A DNA stretch of 64,000 bases from Ruditapes philippinarum (Eukaryota). Position 1 is the first letter of the stretch. Every line of letters begins with the position of its first letter. The notes under the pieces are model-generated. The model ran no database searches. It saw only the letters and a list, made by a program, of their open reading frames with translations, and was not told where the DNA came from. Of the stretch, positions 41,901 to 55,289 are shown one piece after another. Where the stretch lies: assembly GCF_026571515.1 (NCBI RefSeq), contig NW_026861555.1, positions 124,001-188,000 on the forward strand. Reading direction: 5' to 3'. Position numbers and translations under genes: made by a program.

Positions 41901-44900
41901 TAGACCAATCTACTTAAAGGACTTTTGATAGTTGATTAGAAATACTTTAATTATTTGCTTTAAAACGATATATTATCATGTCATTGACCTTGAACACATG
42001 AGCCGCGTCACAACAAAACCAAAATAGTGCGTTTGCGACCAGCATGGATCCAGACCAGCCTGCGCATCCGCGCAGTCTGATCAGGATCCATGCTGTTCGC
42101 TTTCAGTTTCTCTACTTGTAATAGAGTTGGTAAGCGCTGATACGCAGACTGGTCTGGATCCATGCTGGGTGCAAACGCACTATGTTGGTTTTGTCGTGAC
42201 GCGGCTCATATATTGACTCAGACAATGACTGTTTTGTTATTAACCTGACAGTTCATGAGTTCATGAAAACTCACATTTTGTTATTAAAGAGGGCTTTTTT
42301 CCCTACTGTAGCAGGGGCAATGTTCAGGTTGCTTCCTTTCGAGAGAAAATTCTTAAAAATCATGCAGTTTTCCCCTATTTTACATCTTATTTTTTTTCCC
42401 TTTTGCAAAAAACACAGTGTTATTTCCCCCAAAATAAAGGTGAAGTGCCCTCCCCCTACCTGACAAAAAATCCTGAAAAGAGGCATAATTATGATGACCA
42501 AAATAAAGTATATAACCATGAGTGGTTATATGTTTTATTTTAAAATTCATCCCTTTTCAAAATGATATATGAAAATGTCTTTTGTAAACAATTCAAAATT
42601 TTTAATATTAATCAATAGGAAGAATACTTTAAAAACCAACAAGTTGTAGTCAATTAAAGCTGTAAAGAGATAACATTTTGTCTTGCCTCAGGCTTTCTTA
42701 TGTACAATTACAATTGAAAGATATATATATTTATGTACTTGTATATATTTATATTAGGGATGGCAACGAATACCAAAATTAATACTCGAGTACTCGGTCA
42801 TTTTTCCGATCGAGTACTCGGTTACTCGGACGATTTCCAATGATCTTCAAAGTTTATCACACAATATCAACGCCGTCCGCATGCTACTTTCGTTTTCTAT
42901 TTATATTGAATTTCATAGAATTCGTAACTATAGATAGGACTGCAAAGGAGACAAATTAATTAAAATTAAATCAACGACATTATACTTTAGAACATTTTTT
43001 CATAACCTCTGATCCCCTCTCAAAATTCCATTTTATTTAGTTCCGCCCATTGTTTTCTCGTTTAGGGCACCTTCATTTTATTACTTGGGGACCATACGCC
43101 GCTTTTCATGGAATGGCACGGAAGTGTCACATTGAAGGTTCCATGATAACCGCCATATGAACACATCTGCGGATGTTTCCAAATTCAAAATTTTACTATA
43201 TCATGTTTAAATGTTGAATTCTGCTTAAGCCGGTGCTAGGGGGCGTGGACGGTAACTTGCACTTTCCAGTACCGTCCATAAACAGGCTAAATCAAACCGA
43301 GCCTGCAACATTTTCAATTTTGCCGTGTTGGGCTTTCTTTAGGGATTCTGTATTTATCTATTTTAATTAATGCAATATCAAGTTTAAAACATGTTTAGCA
43401 GTTGAAACATCTTTTTCTTCTTGTAATTAAATAGACTGATCGGCGGCAACAAAAGTTAAACCGGGTCTAAATACTACCTTAATTATTATATCATAATAGC
43501 AATACGGCCCTTTGTTGTTTTCAAAAATGTTACCTTAAAACAAGATTCGGGTACAAACTGCATTGTGTTACACAATTAAAGGTTACTAAATATCTTAAGA
43601 GACCGAATGACGTAAGCACCACATGTGCGCGTGTCAAACTGTTGATCGCCTCATTAAATTTATGGTATCATTTTCGCACCTCTGCAAGGAAGTTGTGATT
43701 GTATTTAACAGGTATTTATGAAGATATATGCACATCTCCGAATTTTTTAACTAATTGGATACACCAAACTGTCTAAATAGCAAATAAAATAGAAATTATA
43801 CATTTTTTCCGAGTAATCGTATATCAATTTTGTTAACCGATATTCGGACGTTCGATCGAGTACTCGGTTAACCGGTTATTCGTTACCATCCCTAATTTAT
43901 ATTGATGTAAAGTATGTTGTAAAGTTCAAAACTAGCCAATGAATTGCAAGGTAATTTTTAGCTCGACTATACGAAGTATATGGAGAGCTGTCCTACTCGC
44001 CCCGGCGTCCGCGTCCGCGTCCAGATTTTAGATTAAAGTTTTGGTGCAGTAAAATATTTTTCACTATAACTTTGTCATTTCTTAAGGTATCAACTTCAAA
44101 CTTCAAATATATGTTCCTTATCATCAACCACATCTTATGTGACAAGGTTCATAACTCTAGCACCAATATTTTCAGATTTATCTCCCCTTGAACTTAGAAT
44201 TTTCCTTAAAAAATACTATTTTTTACTGATACTTCTTTATTTCTTAAGGGATCAACCTAATACTTCAAATATATATACCTTATCATCATCCCCATCTTAT
44301 GTGACAAGGTTCATAACTCTAGCACCAATATTTTCAGATTTATCTCCCCTTGAACTTAGAATTTTCCTCAAAAAATACTATTTCTTACTGTTTCTTCTTT
44401 ATTTCTTAAGGGATCGACCTCATACTTCAAATATATTTACGTTATCATCATCCCCATCTTATGTGACAAGGTTCATAACTCTAGCACCAATATTTTCAGA
44501 TTTATCTCCCTTTTAACTTAGAATTTTCCTCAAAAAAATATTATTTTTTACTGTAACTTATTTATTTCTAAAGGGATCAACTTCATACTTCAAATATATT
44601 TACGTAATCATCATCCACATCTTATGTGACAAGGTTCATAACTCTAGCACCAATATTGCAAGAATTATCTCCCCATAAACTTAGATTTATTTACTAGAAA
44701 AATGTTATTTTTTATTTTAACTTTTTTATTTTTAAAGGTATCTACCTCAAACTTCAAATACTTATACCTTATCATTAATTACATTTTATGTGACAATGTT
44801 CATAACTCTTGAAGCAATATTTACAGATTTATCTCTCTTTGAACTTAGGATTTTCTTTAAGAAATATAATAACTTCTTTACTTTTTAAGGTATCTACTTC

Positions 44901-47900
44901 AAACTTCAAATATATATTTCTTATCATTACACAAATGTTGTGTGGCAAGATCCATAACTCTAGCATGACTATTTCTATAATTATTCCCCTTGATCTTGGA
45001 ATTAATGTTAACAAATGCTATTTTTTTACTATAACTTAATACGTAATTATACATAATTGATTTTTCTTTCATAGTTTTGTCCTTACTGCGTCCAGTATTT
45101 TATTAGTCGAGCTTCGCTGTCTCCTGTGACAGCTCTTGTTCTAATTATGTTTATCTATTGATTTTCAACAACAGCATGGTGATACTATGTTTAAGGCCAT
45201 ATTAAAATGTGGACAAAACCATTTATCACAATATCAAGATAAAAATCAATTAGTTCATGGTTCATTTATAAAAAAAACATATCTGTACTTTAAATTGACT
45301 AGTAAGATATACAGTTTTAAACCTCGGCGCAGTTGCCCTCTGTTAAGCAAGTACCTCTTAACAACAAAAGTACCAAACCTATATCCCCCCCCACACACCG
45401 AAAAAAAAAAAAAGAATTCACCAAAGGTGAACCCTCCCTGGAGCAAAACAACTTGGCAGCAACCAAATCTGGTCTTAAAATGGTAGTTTCTTTGCGGAGG
45501 TTTTTCTGATAATAAATGTAAATAAGCTATATTCAAGCACTATTATAATACTTTTCCATCATAAAATTTTGCTTAAATTTTTAAACTTGAATATTCTAGA
45601 ATAGGTAGAGCTATTTTACTCACCCAGGTGTCTGCGTCACACTCTGGTTAAGGTCTTTTTTACAAGTTGGTATCTCGAAAAACTGCTAAAGAAAATGGAT
45701 TGATTTTTTCCCCATTAATTTGCCAGCATAATAGGTCACTGTCCAAGTGGTTTTGACTGAATTATTTCCCTTTTTGAATTAAGAAAATTCTTCATAATCC
45801 AGGCTCTTGTTATACTATCCAGCACTGAGAATAGTCGAGCACAGACTGTTTTAGTATTAACTCTGGTTGTAAAACATCTTTATTACTGAATCCTTTAAAG
45901 GTATTGTTTCAAAGCTTTGACAATAGTGTCTCTATCTGTTGGCAGAAGAACATGACTCTATCTTTAATGATATTCCAATTTTGACTTTTTAGAAAAAGTT
46001 TCAAACAACCTTATTTTTTCACCACTTTATTGAGATATTTCTTTGACAGATGTAACACTTAATTATGATATTCACCCTCATTTTGAGAAAAGAATACATA
46101 TCTCTGTGATATATTTGACATGGTTATTCCCCTTGTTGTTTTTTTCTTATCAAGCTTACTTCATCTTGACTGTTACAATTGTATAATAGGGAAAGCTATC
46201 CTGCTCACCCAGGCATCTGCTTCTGCGTTTAACCTTTTGTAAAGTTTTTCATACCACCCCAAACTTAAATCCTGTACCCTTTGATGTATTGTTTTGAAAC
46301 TTAAAATGAATGTTTATAATGCCATCCCCATAACCTATTAAGTACTTATAATAGTCCATATTGCTGTCTTATGGACAGCTCTTCTTGTTAGTTATTGTGT
46401 TTGTCTATGCTTGAACATGCACATACATGTATATTATTTCACATACATGTATATTATTGCACATACATGTATATTATTTATTTTCTCATTACATTTGTTG
46501 TGTATTTATATTTCAGAATAGACAAATGTACATGAATGATGTAATTGAAGATCATAAACAGGAAATGTCCAAGTTTCAGCTTCATAAGAAAAGTACAACG
46601 AGCTTAGAAGATGTTGACAAACAGTTTCTGAAGATTTATAATACACAGGCCAAGGTACAAATTAATAACAATTGAGCCGCGTCACGACAAAACCAACATA
46701 ATGCGTTTGCTACCAGCATGGATCCAGACCAGCCTGCCCATCTGCGCAGTCTGATCAGGATCCATGCTGTTCGCTTACCAACTCTATTACAAGTAGAGAA
46801 ACTGATAGCGAACAGCATGGATCATGATCAGACTGCGCGGATGGGCAGGCTGGTCTGGATCCATGCTGGTTGCAAACCCATTATGTTGGTTTTGTTATGA
46901 CACAGCTCAATTTAGTTTTATTCCATAGGAAGCAGTCAAATAATGGCTGATTCTTGCCATGCCATATCTTTGCTTTATTCTGCAACAAAAATGCGAAAAT
47001 ATAAATCTATGACAGAGTTAAAAAAGAAATGGCCCCAAAAGATTTATTTTTTCTTAATTTTTTTATAGCCAGCTTCAAATTTTTTAAAATTGGTTATTAG
47101 ATTGACAGATTGCATTCAGGCTATCATTCTGGCTACTGACTAACCTCAAAAATAAGTTATTTTGAGTCTGAATAACTTTAGGTCAAAGGTCAAGGTTATA
47201 TGTACATGTATCTTGTCTGAAAAAAAAATCAAAACAACATGTCTTTAGCTACTAAATTTTACATTAAGTTCTCCACCCTCAGATCATTATTTGATTTATA
47301 GAACCAGTTTATATGATTTGTCTTTTGCTAACATACAAACTTTGATTGGGTTATTGCAAAAACTGACTAAACCTCTGTTTAGAAAAATAACATGTCAAAG
47401 AACTATTCAATAACAAGTTTTAACTAAATAAATATATATATATATTTTTTTTTTTGTAATAACATCGAAAAATATTATGCATTAATTAATATAATATTGG
47501 CAGTTGAGGATTTTCTTGTTGAGTTTTTGTAATATTAACCCTTACCTCTCCAAAGATCGTAACTGGACTTGTTCATCTTCTAATCTGGGCAAAACCAATC
47601 AAAGCCACTTTCTAAATTGTAAGACTGCCTATTCTATTTTTAGAACAAAGATCCTAGAAGAGTAAGGTCAGCTTGTAGACCAAGGTCAGGTTATAGAGGT
47701 CAGATTTCACGGGCAGCTGCTATGGCTGACAGGGCAGATGTTAGAGTTGAAGATTTATTAGGTCAACAGGGGTCACAGGGTCATAATGGTGTTGGTGGTG
47801 ATCCTAACAGCAACAGTGTGAGTATTTAAGTTTGGAAAAAATGAGTCGGGCCATGACAAAACAACATAATGCATTTGCGACCAGCATGGATCCAGACCAG

Positions 47901-50900
47901 CCTGCGCATCCGCGCAGTCTGATCAGAATCCATGCTGTTAGCTTACAAACCCTATTACAAGTAGATGAACTGATAGAAAACAGCAAGGATCCTGATCAGA
48001 CTGCGCGGATGCGCAGGCTGGTCTGGGTCTGTGCTGGTCGCAAACGCATTACGTTGGTTTTGTTGTGGCGTGGCTTAAATATAACTTGTTCTTAAAAGAC
48101 AAGTGTTTCTTATCAAGAGGATTCTCTATATTGTTTAAGCATTGAACTGTTGTCAAAGGAAGATGGACAAAACCCCACCAGTTAAAACCCCACCAACTTT
48201 AATTTTATAGAGTGGGCAAAATCCCATCACTTCAGTTTTTATGCTTCTCGAAAAATTTCGGGGGAGCATATAGTCGGCGCCTTGTCCGTCTGTCCGTCCT
48301 TTTGTCCGTCCGTCCGTTGTCTTGTCCGGAGCATAACTTGAAAACCCTTGGAGATAATTTGTTGAAACTTCATACAGTGGTAGAGGGCATTGAGGGAGAG
48401 TGCAGTGTCAAAGAACCATAACTCTATTTTGCCAGGTTTTTGAATTATTTCCCCTTATAGAAAAATCTTGTCCGGGGCATAACTCTAAAACTATAAGAGA
48501 TATCAACATGAAACTTTGTAGGTGAATAGATCTCAATAGGTAGATGTGCAGTGCATAAGAACAATAACTATATTTGTCCTAATTTTGGAGTAATTGCCCT
48601 TTGTTTATTTTAACACTTTGAACTTAGTCCTGAACATAACTCTAAAACTATAAGAGATATCAAGATGAAACATTGTAGGTAGATAGATCTCATTGAGTAG
48701 AGGTGCAGTGCAAAAGAACCATAACTCTGTTAAGCCTCATTTTTGAATTATCTCCCCTTTTAGAAAATCTTGTCCAGGACATAGCTGTAAAACTATAAGA
48801 GATATCAACATGAAACTTTGTAGGTAGATATATCTCAATGGGTAGATGTGCAGTGCACAAGAATCATAACTCTGCCTTGCCTAATTCTGGAGTTATTGCC
48901 CTTTGTTTATTTTTACTTTTTGAAATTGTCCGGGACATAACTCGGAAATCATAAAAGATATCATCAAGAAACTTTGTAGGTTGAGAGATCACATTGATTA
49001 GAAGTGCAGTGCAAAGAACATTAACTCTGCCTTGCCTAATTTTGGAATTATTCCACTTTGAACTTTTTCCAGGGACATAACTCTGAAACTACAAGAGGTG
49101 TACTTTCTGTGTCCAAAACCTATTCGGGGAGCATCACCCGGCTCAAACCGGGTTCTTGTATAGAGTGGACAAAGCCCCACACTTACCAATTATTGGGCAA
49201 GATTGTATAAACTGATTGCTAGTACATTATGCTGAACAAATAAACACAAACTTGTTACAAGCTTGTACAATATGGGAAATAAAATGTTAATTACAAAAAT
49301 GTGTTGATTGTTAATTTAATTTTAGATTATTTTGAATGAAGCTTTATTTTAATCTGTACAATTCCTCTGACACTTTTCCAAGAAATTTGCATTACTTATC
49401 CAGATTGCAGTAGATATTTCTTACATGTATATTTATGTATTTTATTACTGTATAGGCTTTTAGTGCACTGTACAAGCTAGATTCTAGTGAAGGACAGAGA
49501 CCGTTATACAGGCCTAGAGAATATTTTGACGATGCAAATAGATATAAACAGGTGCGTATAGACAAAATATTTTTGTTGGTATATGACAATCAAATCATTA
49601 GATAAGTGCATTACAATAGGATTTCACCACAACCTATTTGTTAACAAAAGAACACATGTCAGTATTTGTGGTTAAATCTATTGGTATTCAAATAAACGGT
49701 CAGAGTAGGGATCTATGAATTATATTGTGAGCAGACAATATTTGTAAGGATAATTTATGCCTGACCTTGACCTCAAATGACCTTGACCTTGTAAACCTAT
49801 TATCTATTTCCCTACACCTTCGCCAAACAGACCAAAAAAAATAGCTTATATTTTCTTAAGGAGATTATTAGTCAATTTATTTGTGTGTGTACTTATTATG
49901 TATAAATATTGATAAATATGTTAATATTTTCCTAATCACTATGTTGGAAAACAGCTATATATTCAGAATCAAAATGTAAAAATCATTTTTATAATTCTGG
50001 AAAGCTTAATAAATATTTTTTTTTGGTAATTAATTAATTTCAATGTATTTCAGAATAACCTATTTGACCCAGATGTGATATTTAGCCCAGAGTTATTGGC
50101 ACCACAAAGAGAGGCCAAAGGAAGGCCTGGCAGTGCTACCAGTTCATTATTAGGGTCTGGTATAAATCTTAAGAATAGACCAAAATCTGCTTCAATGGGT
50201 AATTATTTGAGCTGTTTTTATTTGTAATTTTAAACAATTTTAAAATCTAGACTTTATCTAAGATTCAATAATTTTATTTGCTTGACAATTTGAAGAAAAG
50301 GGAGAGCTATCCATCACACTGGTCAAGTTTTTGCGTGCTTACAGGTTGTGTCTTCAAAACTAGTAAAGAGAATGGGTCAAAACTTCACACACTTGTTTGA
50401 TAGCATAAAATTTAGTCACTGTCTAAGACCCATAACTCTAACATAGATGTTGACAGAATTATGACCTTCTTTGAACTTAGAAATTCTACTTTTATCCAAA
50501 GCCCCGTTTTTTTATCAAAATTGGCATTTCGGTTATTAGGAAAAAATTTTATTGAACAAAAAACATTGTTGACAATGTTAAAACTCCATAAATAATGAAA
50601 GGGTTATGGAGGGGACTTGGTTTTTGTACAAGAAAAATTTTTAAACCCCAAAAATGAAAAATTTTTAAAAAAGGGAAAAGAAAAAAATTTAAAAATTTTA
50701 AATGCGCTCCTCTTAGTTCACCCCTACTAAAAAACTTTGAAGGGAAGAAAAGGGAAAAATCACAAAAACTTATGGTACAAAAAATTTTCATAAGCTGTAA
50801 ACATATAGGTATTTTTTGCTGTAGGGAAAAAGGAAAAAACAATATATTTTGGGCAAAAAAAGTTTAAATGACCCGACGTTAGAAACCCCCAGTTGGGGCC

Positions 50901-52625
50901 TTTTTGAAAAAAAGTATGTCATCATTTAGATCGCGGTAATGGTGTTCCATTTTAGTTTTTTTCATGTTTAAGTTAAAATTTCTACATGTTATTTTGCAAA
51001 ATATTAAATGCTATAAGTAACTTTACATTGTAACTCAAAATTTCTTTTTTCAACAAACAAGAACATTTAGAAATTGATAATTGTTTCAGACGTATGCACA
51101 AATTTAACGGACTATTGTTGCTTTTTGCAGAATTTTGTAAAATGTTGTTCTGTTAAGACTGTTTTACATAAAAACTTAAAGATTTAAAATATTTTGCACA
51201 AAAACTTTCTTGTTTAGGTGTTTGAATAAAATAATATTATGTCAATTTTGACCAATTTCAACACTGGTTACATGAAAATATGCCATTACCGTGATATAAG
51301 TGATAACGCAGAATTAATGATGTTGAGTATAAAGTAAAACATTTGAGATCTGAGTATGTATAGAATTGTTATAGGAAAATCAGTCATTTTTTGCTATTTT
51401 TTTTGGAAGACAAGCTTGTGACATTGCCCTATCATGTTGATTAACCTTCTTATTAAGGGAATTTTCTCTGTGATTGTCGAAGATATCCCATTTGAAATTT
51501 GGAAAATTTATCTGATAATTACAGGAATAGGATTCCATTTTAGCAAGCAGGTACCCACAATATTTCAGCACAATTTTACTTGCAATTGTAATATCTTTAA
51601 AAGAATTTAACTTTTTTTACTTATTCAGGCCTTTTTCCTTCTATTTTGGGGAAGGGCCACATGACAAATTTTGGAAATTTGTGTCGTAAATTTTTTTAAT
51701 TTGAGAAGAAAGTTATTGTGAAATTTGCCAATTTGGAAAAATATGCTAGCATTTAAAGTGTAACATTTGTTTAAATAAATCCTCTTACTTAAACTGTTCA
51801 GCTTTTTCTGTCATATCAAAAATACAAGGACAGGCTAAAATGTGTACAAATGTAAAACTGATATCAATTAAAAATCCTGTTCTTATTCACAAAACATGAA
51901 TTTATTCCGTAATGCTATTTCGCGACACCAAAATTGAAGATGTGGTACTTTTTCTTTCAAAATGCTGACTTTTAGATTGGTAATATTTTTTTTGGATTGG
52001 GAAAAAAACCAAAACATAATTTGGATGGGGACTGGGGCCCATATTCCGACCCATGGGATAGGGGAAAAAAGGGCTGTTATTTAGTTATTAATTTATTGAT
52101 GAATGGGAAAAAAAAACATAAAGAGTATTTGTGTTCTTTTTAACAGTGTTCATGACAGAACCAAAACCAGAGCGACCACTGAAATACGAAACTACACGGC
52201 CTACATCCGGGAAAAAGCCTCGGCCTGGCAGTGGCACTGCCTCACTTCGTGGACGACGTCACTCTGCACCTACAAGGAGACAGGGTCCGACACTGATAAA
52301 CAGGAAGGAACTTCACAATAGATCTGAACTGGATCACAATAATGAGCCAGAAAATGATGAAATTGAACCAGAGTTACAGAATATTGAAAACCAGACAATG
52401 AATACAAGTTTTAATGAAGGAAACTTAAGTGATGAACAAAATTGCAGTGGAGACAACACAGTGAAAGAAAAGCCACCCATAAAGGTCAAGGTCAAGAAAG
52501 GTCATCCTATGGACAAATTTGTAGAAGATCTGAGGCTCATGGGTGAAATGGAACTAGATTTTAAGAATTCTACTTTACAATTGCAAAAGAAACTTGGTCT
52601 TGATGGAAGTGGTTTTATTTACTAA
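38933..52625 (+). CDS. Uncharacterised 470-aa coiled-coil protein with repeated RPxS[AG] motifs (possibly ciliary/centrosomal)
   Basis: Exons 38933-39096, 39328-39377, 40073-40134, 40625-40729, 46517-46654, 47644-47817, 49456-49551, 50054-50198, 52147-52625 sum to 1413 nt with consistent phases and no internal stop. Confidence 0.88.
39497..39885. repeat. 15-bp minisatellite (AAATAAACTGTCAGT-like), intronic
   Basis: More than 20 degenerate units; explains the spurious SLFTD/LSVNK ORFs. Confidence 0.9.
40930..41104 (-). mobile_element. tRNA-derived SINE (CORE-type)
   Basis: Minus strand: A-box-like TGTCGAGTGG, B-box GGTTCAAACCC, then CORE-like CCTTGAGCAAGAAACTT. Confidence 0.75.
41393..41630. 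mobile_element. Palindromic MITE family A, complete
   Basis: Matches 33729-33967. Confidence 0.9.
41998..42209. mobile_element. Palindromic MITE family A, internal deletion
   Basis: Both termini present; part of the right arm is missing. Confidence 0.88.
42755..43894. mobile_element. Non-autonomous hAT DNA transposon (1140 bp)
   Basis: TIRs TAGGGATGGCAACGAATA / TATTCGTTACCATCCCTA, perfect 8-bp TSD ATTTATAT, subterminal CGAGTACTCG palindromes. Confidence 0.92.
43955..45140 (+). mobile_element. Helentron-associated element (HINE/DINE-1-like) carrying a ~162-bp tandem array (~6 units)
   Basis: Sub-TIRs GCTCGACTA/TAGTCGAGC, (GCGTCC)n seed, 3' stem-loop GCTGTC-6nt-GACAGC, T-rich ends. Confidence 0.85.
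45595..46390 (+). mobile_element. Two degenerate HINE relics of the same family
   Basis: AGCTAT...CTCACCCAGG heads; a TAGTCGAGC sub-TIR in the first and a GCTGTC..GACAGCTC tail in the second. Confidence 0.55.
46672..46910. mobile_element. Palindromic MITE family A, complete
   Basis: Matches the family; 17 bp downstream of a splice donor. Confidence 0.9.
47841..48078. mobile_element. Palindromic MITE family A, complete, more diverged
   Basis: Matches the family; 23 bp downstream of a splice donor. Confidence 0.88.
48236..49159 (+). mobile_element. Second HINE family with alternating ~145/~157-bp tandem units
   Basis: 5' inverted repeat ATGCTTCTCGAA/TTCGGGGGAGCAT, (GTCC)n microsatellite, 3' TTCGGGGAGCAT plus stem-loop ACCCGG-6nt-CCGGGT. 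Confidence 0.85.
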
Positions 52626-53209
52626 ATATGAGTAAACTTACAGTATTTCCCAAAACAAAGTATTTTGATATAAAAGAATATCTTATTTTTTAAGACATTG
52701 TATGTTATTAAGCTGTTTTAAAAATGCTAAAAATAAGAAAAATTGCATGTTTTGATTGACTGAATCTCTTTTTTTACACACAGAAATACTTACTTTGAGG
52801 ATACTTCAGAAACTTGAAGAGGGTGGTATGAGATCTCCCATATTTTTGACATTATTTGGCAAAGAGTTTTGTCCTATCTTAGAAGCTGTATTCGAATACT
52901 GTTGTAACATAGATGGTTAGTAGCTGGTCACTTTTAAAGAAATTTGTAATTACTGGTTAGTTACGCAGGTGTGCTGTCCAAATAGACAGACCACAAAGAT
53001 ATGAATAAACAGATTTGAAATTGGCATAAAAACCAGAGAAACAAACAAACAAAGTTTCATAGAGCGTTTCATGTGAAAACTTACAAATGGCATTGCATCT
53101 AAGAAATATAAATTCAGTGACATCAGTTCATTTACTCAAAATCATTTACATTTTGCATAGCTTTAAAATAGCAAATTATACTTCATTTGGATTAGTTTTA
53201 TTGGATCCG

Positions 53210-53800
53210 TAGACCAAATGGTTTTCGATCAATAACTAAAGAACCCTTAGGCCTAGGAACTTCAAACTTGGTATGAAGATTGTTCATGACCAGAAGATGA
53301 CCACTATTGTTTTCTGGGTCAATGGGTTAGAGGCCAATATTATATTGACCTTGTAGGTATAAACGGATTCAAATCAATAACTTGATAACCCATGCATAGG
53401 CCCTTGACCTTCAAACTGCAAAGACGCATTTGCCTTGGCCAGTAGATGATTCCTATTGATTTTGGGGTCAGGGGGTCAAAGGTTTAGGTCACATTGACCT
53501 TGTATGTCAAAACAGTTTCCTGTCAATAACTGGAAACCCATGGACCTTTAAACATAACAAATGCATTGCTTATGGTCAAAAGACGACCTCAATTGAATTT
53601 TGGAGTCAAGGGGTTAGAGGTCAAGATCCAATGACCATATAGGTAAAAACGGTTTCAGATCCATATCTCAACAACTCATGGACGCTTTACCTTCAAACTT
53701 CACAGGTGCATTTGTCTTGGCCAGTACATAACCCCTATTGATTTAAGGGTCAAAGGTCAAAGTCACATTGACCTTGTACATAAAAATGATTTCCGCCAAG
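53210..53800. repeat. Degenerate ~155-bp satellite-like tandem repeat (GGTCAAAGGTCA / CATTGACCTTG motifs)
   Basis: About 4 diverged units visible. Confidence 0.65.
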
Positions 53801-54251
53801 TTGCCTTGGTTGATATTTTTTATTTACTAAAAATGCTTTAGTTGATATTTTTGATTAAACTAAAAATGCCTTTGGTATACACATCACAAAAATTGTGTAC
53901 AATTAAATTTAAAGTCTCAACATTTCATAGATCAAAGATTAAAAAGAGGGGTACAATTTCCATATTTTCAAATTGTTAGTCATGTCAATATTATGATTTC
54001 AAGACGATGAGTAAATATTCTTTTATGGCATAATTTATTTACATTATAGATGCTGATCATATTTATATTAAAAATTTATATTGTTACACTAAAATTGTAT
54101 TGTGTTGATGATATATTGAAAACTGTATACATAATAAATGTGCTAACTAAGTAAGGGCATGACCATTTCATGTATGAACTATAGTATAGATGTATTGGCA
54201 TGGTATATTCATTTAATGCATCCATGTTGTTCTCATATTTCTAGTTTACAA

Positions 54252-54490
54252 ATGTGCCGTGTCATGACAAAACCAACATAATGGGTTTGCGACCAGCATA
54301 GATCCAGACCAGCCTGCGCTTCCGCACAGTCTGATCAGGATCCATGCTGTTTGCTATCAGTTTCTCTACTTGTAATAGAGTTGATAAGCGAACAGCATGG
54401 ATCCTGATCAGACTGCGCGGATGCGCAGGCTGGTCTGGATCCATGCTGGTCGCAAACCCATTTTGTTGGTTTTGTCATGACACGGCTCAT
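54252..54490. mobile_element. Palindromic MITE family A, complete
   Basis: Matches the family; core in the opposite orientation to the 33729 copy. Confidence 0.9.
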
Positions 54491-54629
54491 TAATGTTCTG
54501 TACCTGTTTGTAATACACTGTGTTCCTGTGATAAGTGATGATAATTTTTTTTGCATGTTATATGGCCCAGTATATATATTAATGCCTTGAAAGCCAGGTA
54601 ATGCTATCCAAGGCACTGAGGTATTTTAT

Positions 54630-54975
54630 TAGTTATAAATATTTTTGGCAGGTTATATGGCCCTATATAAACGGTTGTTTGTAAATATAGCGGCTCGGGT
54701 TATATTGCAAACAACCGTTTATATACGGTCATGTAACCTGTCAGAAATATTTATAACGAATTCATTATACAGCAAGCATCATTTTTATAGGAAAATAGCG
54801 AGATTGCTTAATAAATCGACAGAAGCCGTGTATATAAAACTATATAAACATCACTCTTATCCAATGAAAAGCGACGTTACAAACGTGCAGTATTATAAAA
54901 ATGGTTATATGGTCAGCAGCCATTCATTCTTGGCCATATAACCTGTCAAAAGTCATTATAACAACTATATAATAC
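54630..54975. repeat. Hairpin-rich dispersed element
   Basis: GGCAGGTTATATGGCC...TATATAAACGGTTGTTTG is inverted at CAAACAACCGTTTATATA...AACCTGTC and again at GGCCATATAACCTGTC. Confidence 0.55.
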
Positions 54976-55106
54976 TGCCCAAATTGCTTTATTTAATAAG
55001 TGTTATAAATTCCATGCGTTGGTGTTTATAGATAATATAAATATCATGATTATCCAATGAAAATCATTGTTACAAATTAATCATTATTATAATGAAATAA
55101 ATCGTT

Positions 55107-55183
55107 CTGTTTCTATATATAATAAAGAAGCATAGGAGGGGTAAGCTGTTTCTATATATAATAAAGAAGCATAGGAGGGGTAA
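55107..55183. repeat. Perfect tandem duplication, 39-bp period
   Basis: CTGTTTCTATATATAATAAAGAAGCATAGGAGGGGTAA occurs twice. Confidence 0.9.
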
Positions 55184-55289
55184 TTTTTTTCCTATATTAA
55201 TAAGTACATGAGCATTAATTATATAGTCTCACATTTCAGAGTATCATATACATTTATTTTAATGTATTGTATACAAAGTCTTTGCAATT

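Noticed and set aside
44139-44516. 54-aa repeat ORF, and a CRISPR-like reading of the regular arrays
   Set aside because: 162-bp satellite units without unique spacers; eukaryotic context with no cas genes
46636-48095. MDPDQPAH... ORFs (also 54262-54616 and 57962-58255)
   Set aside because: Translations of the palindromic MITE
50520-50900. F/K-rich ORF 50549-50842
   Set aside because: Homopolymer-inflated intronic sequence, probably low-quality consensus
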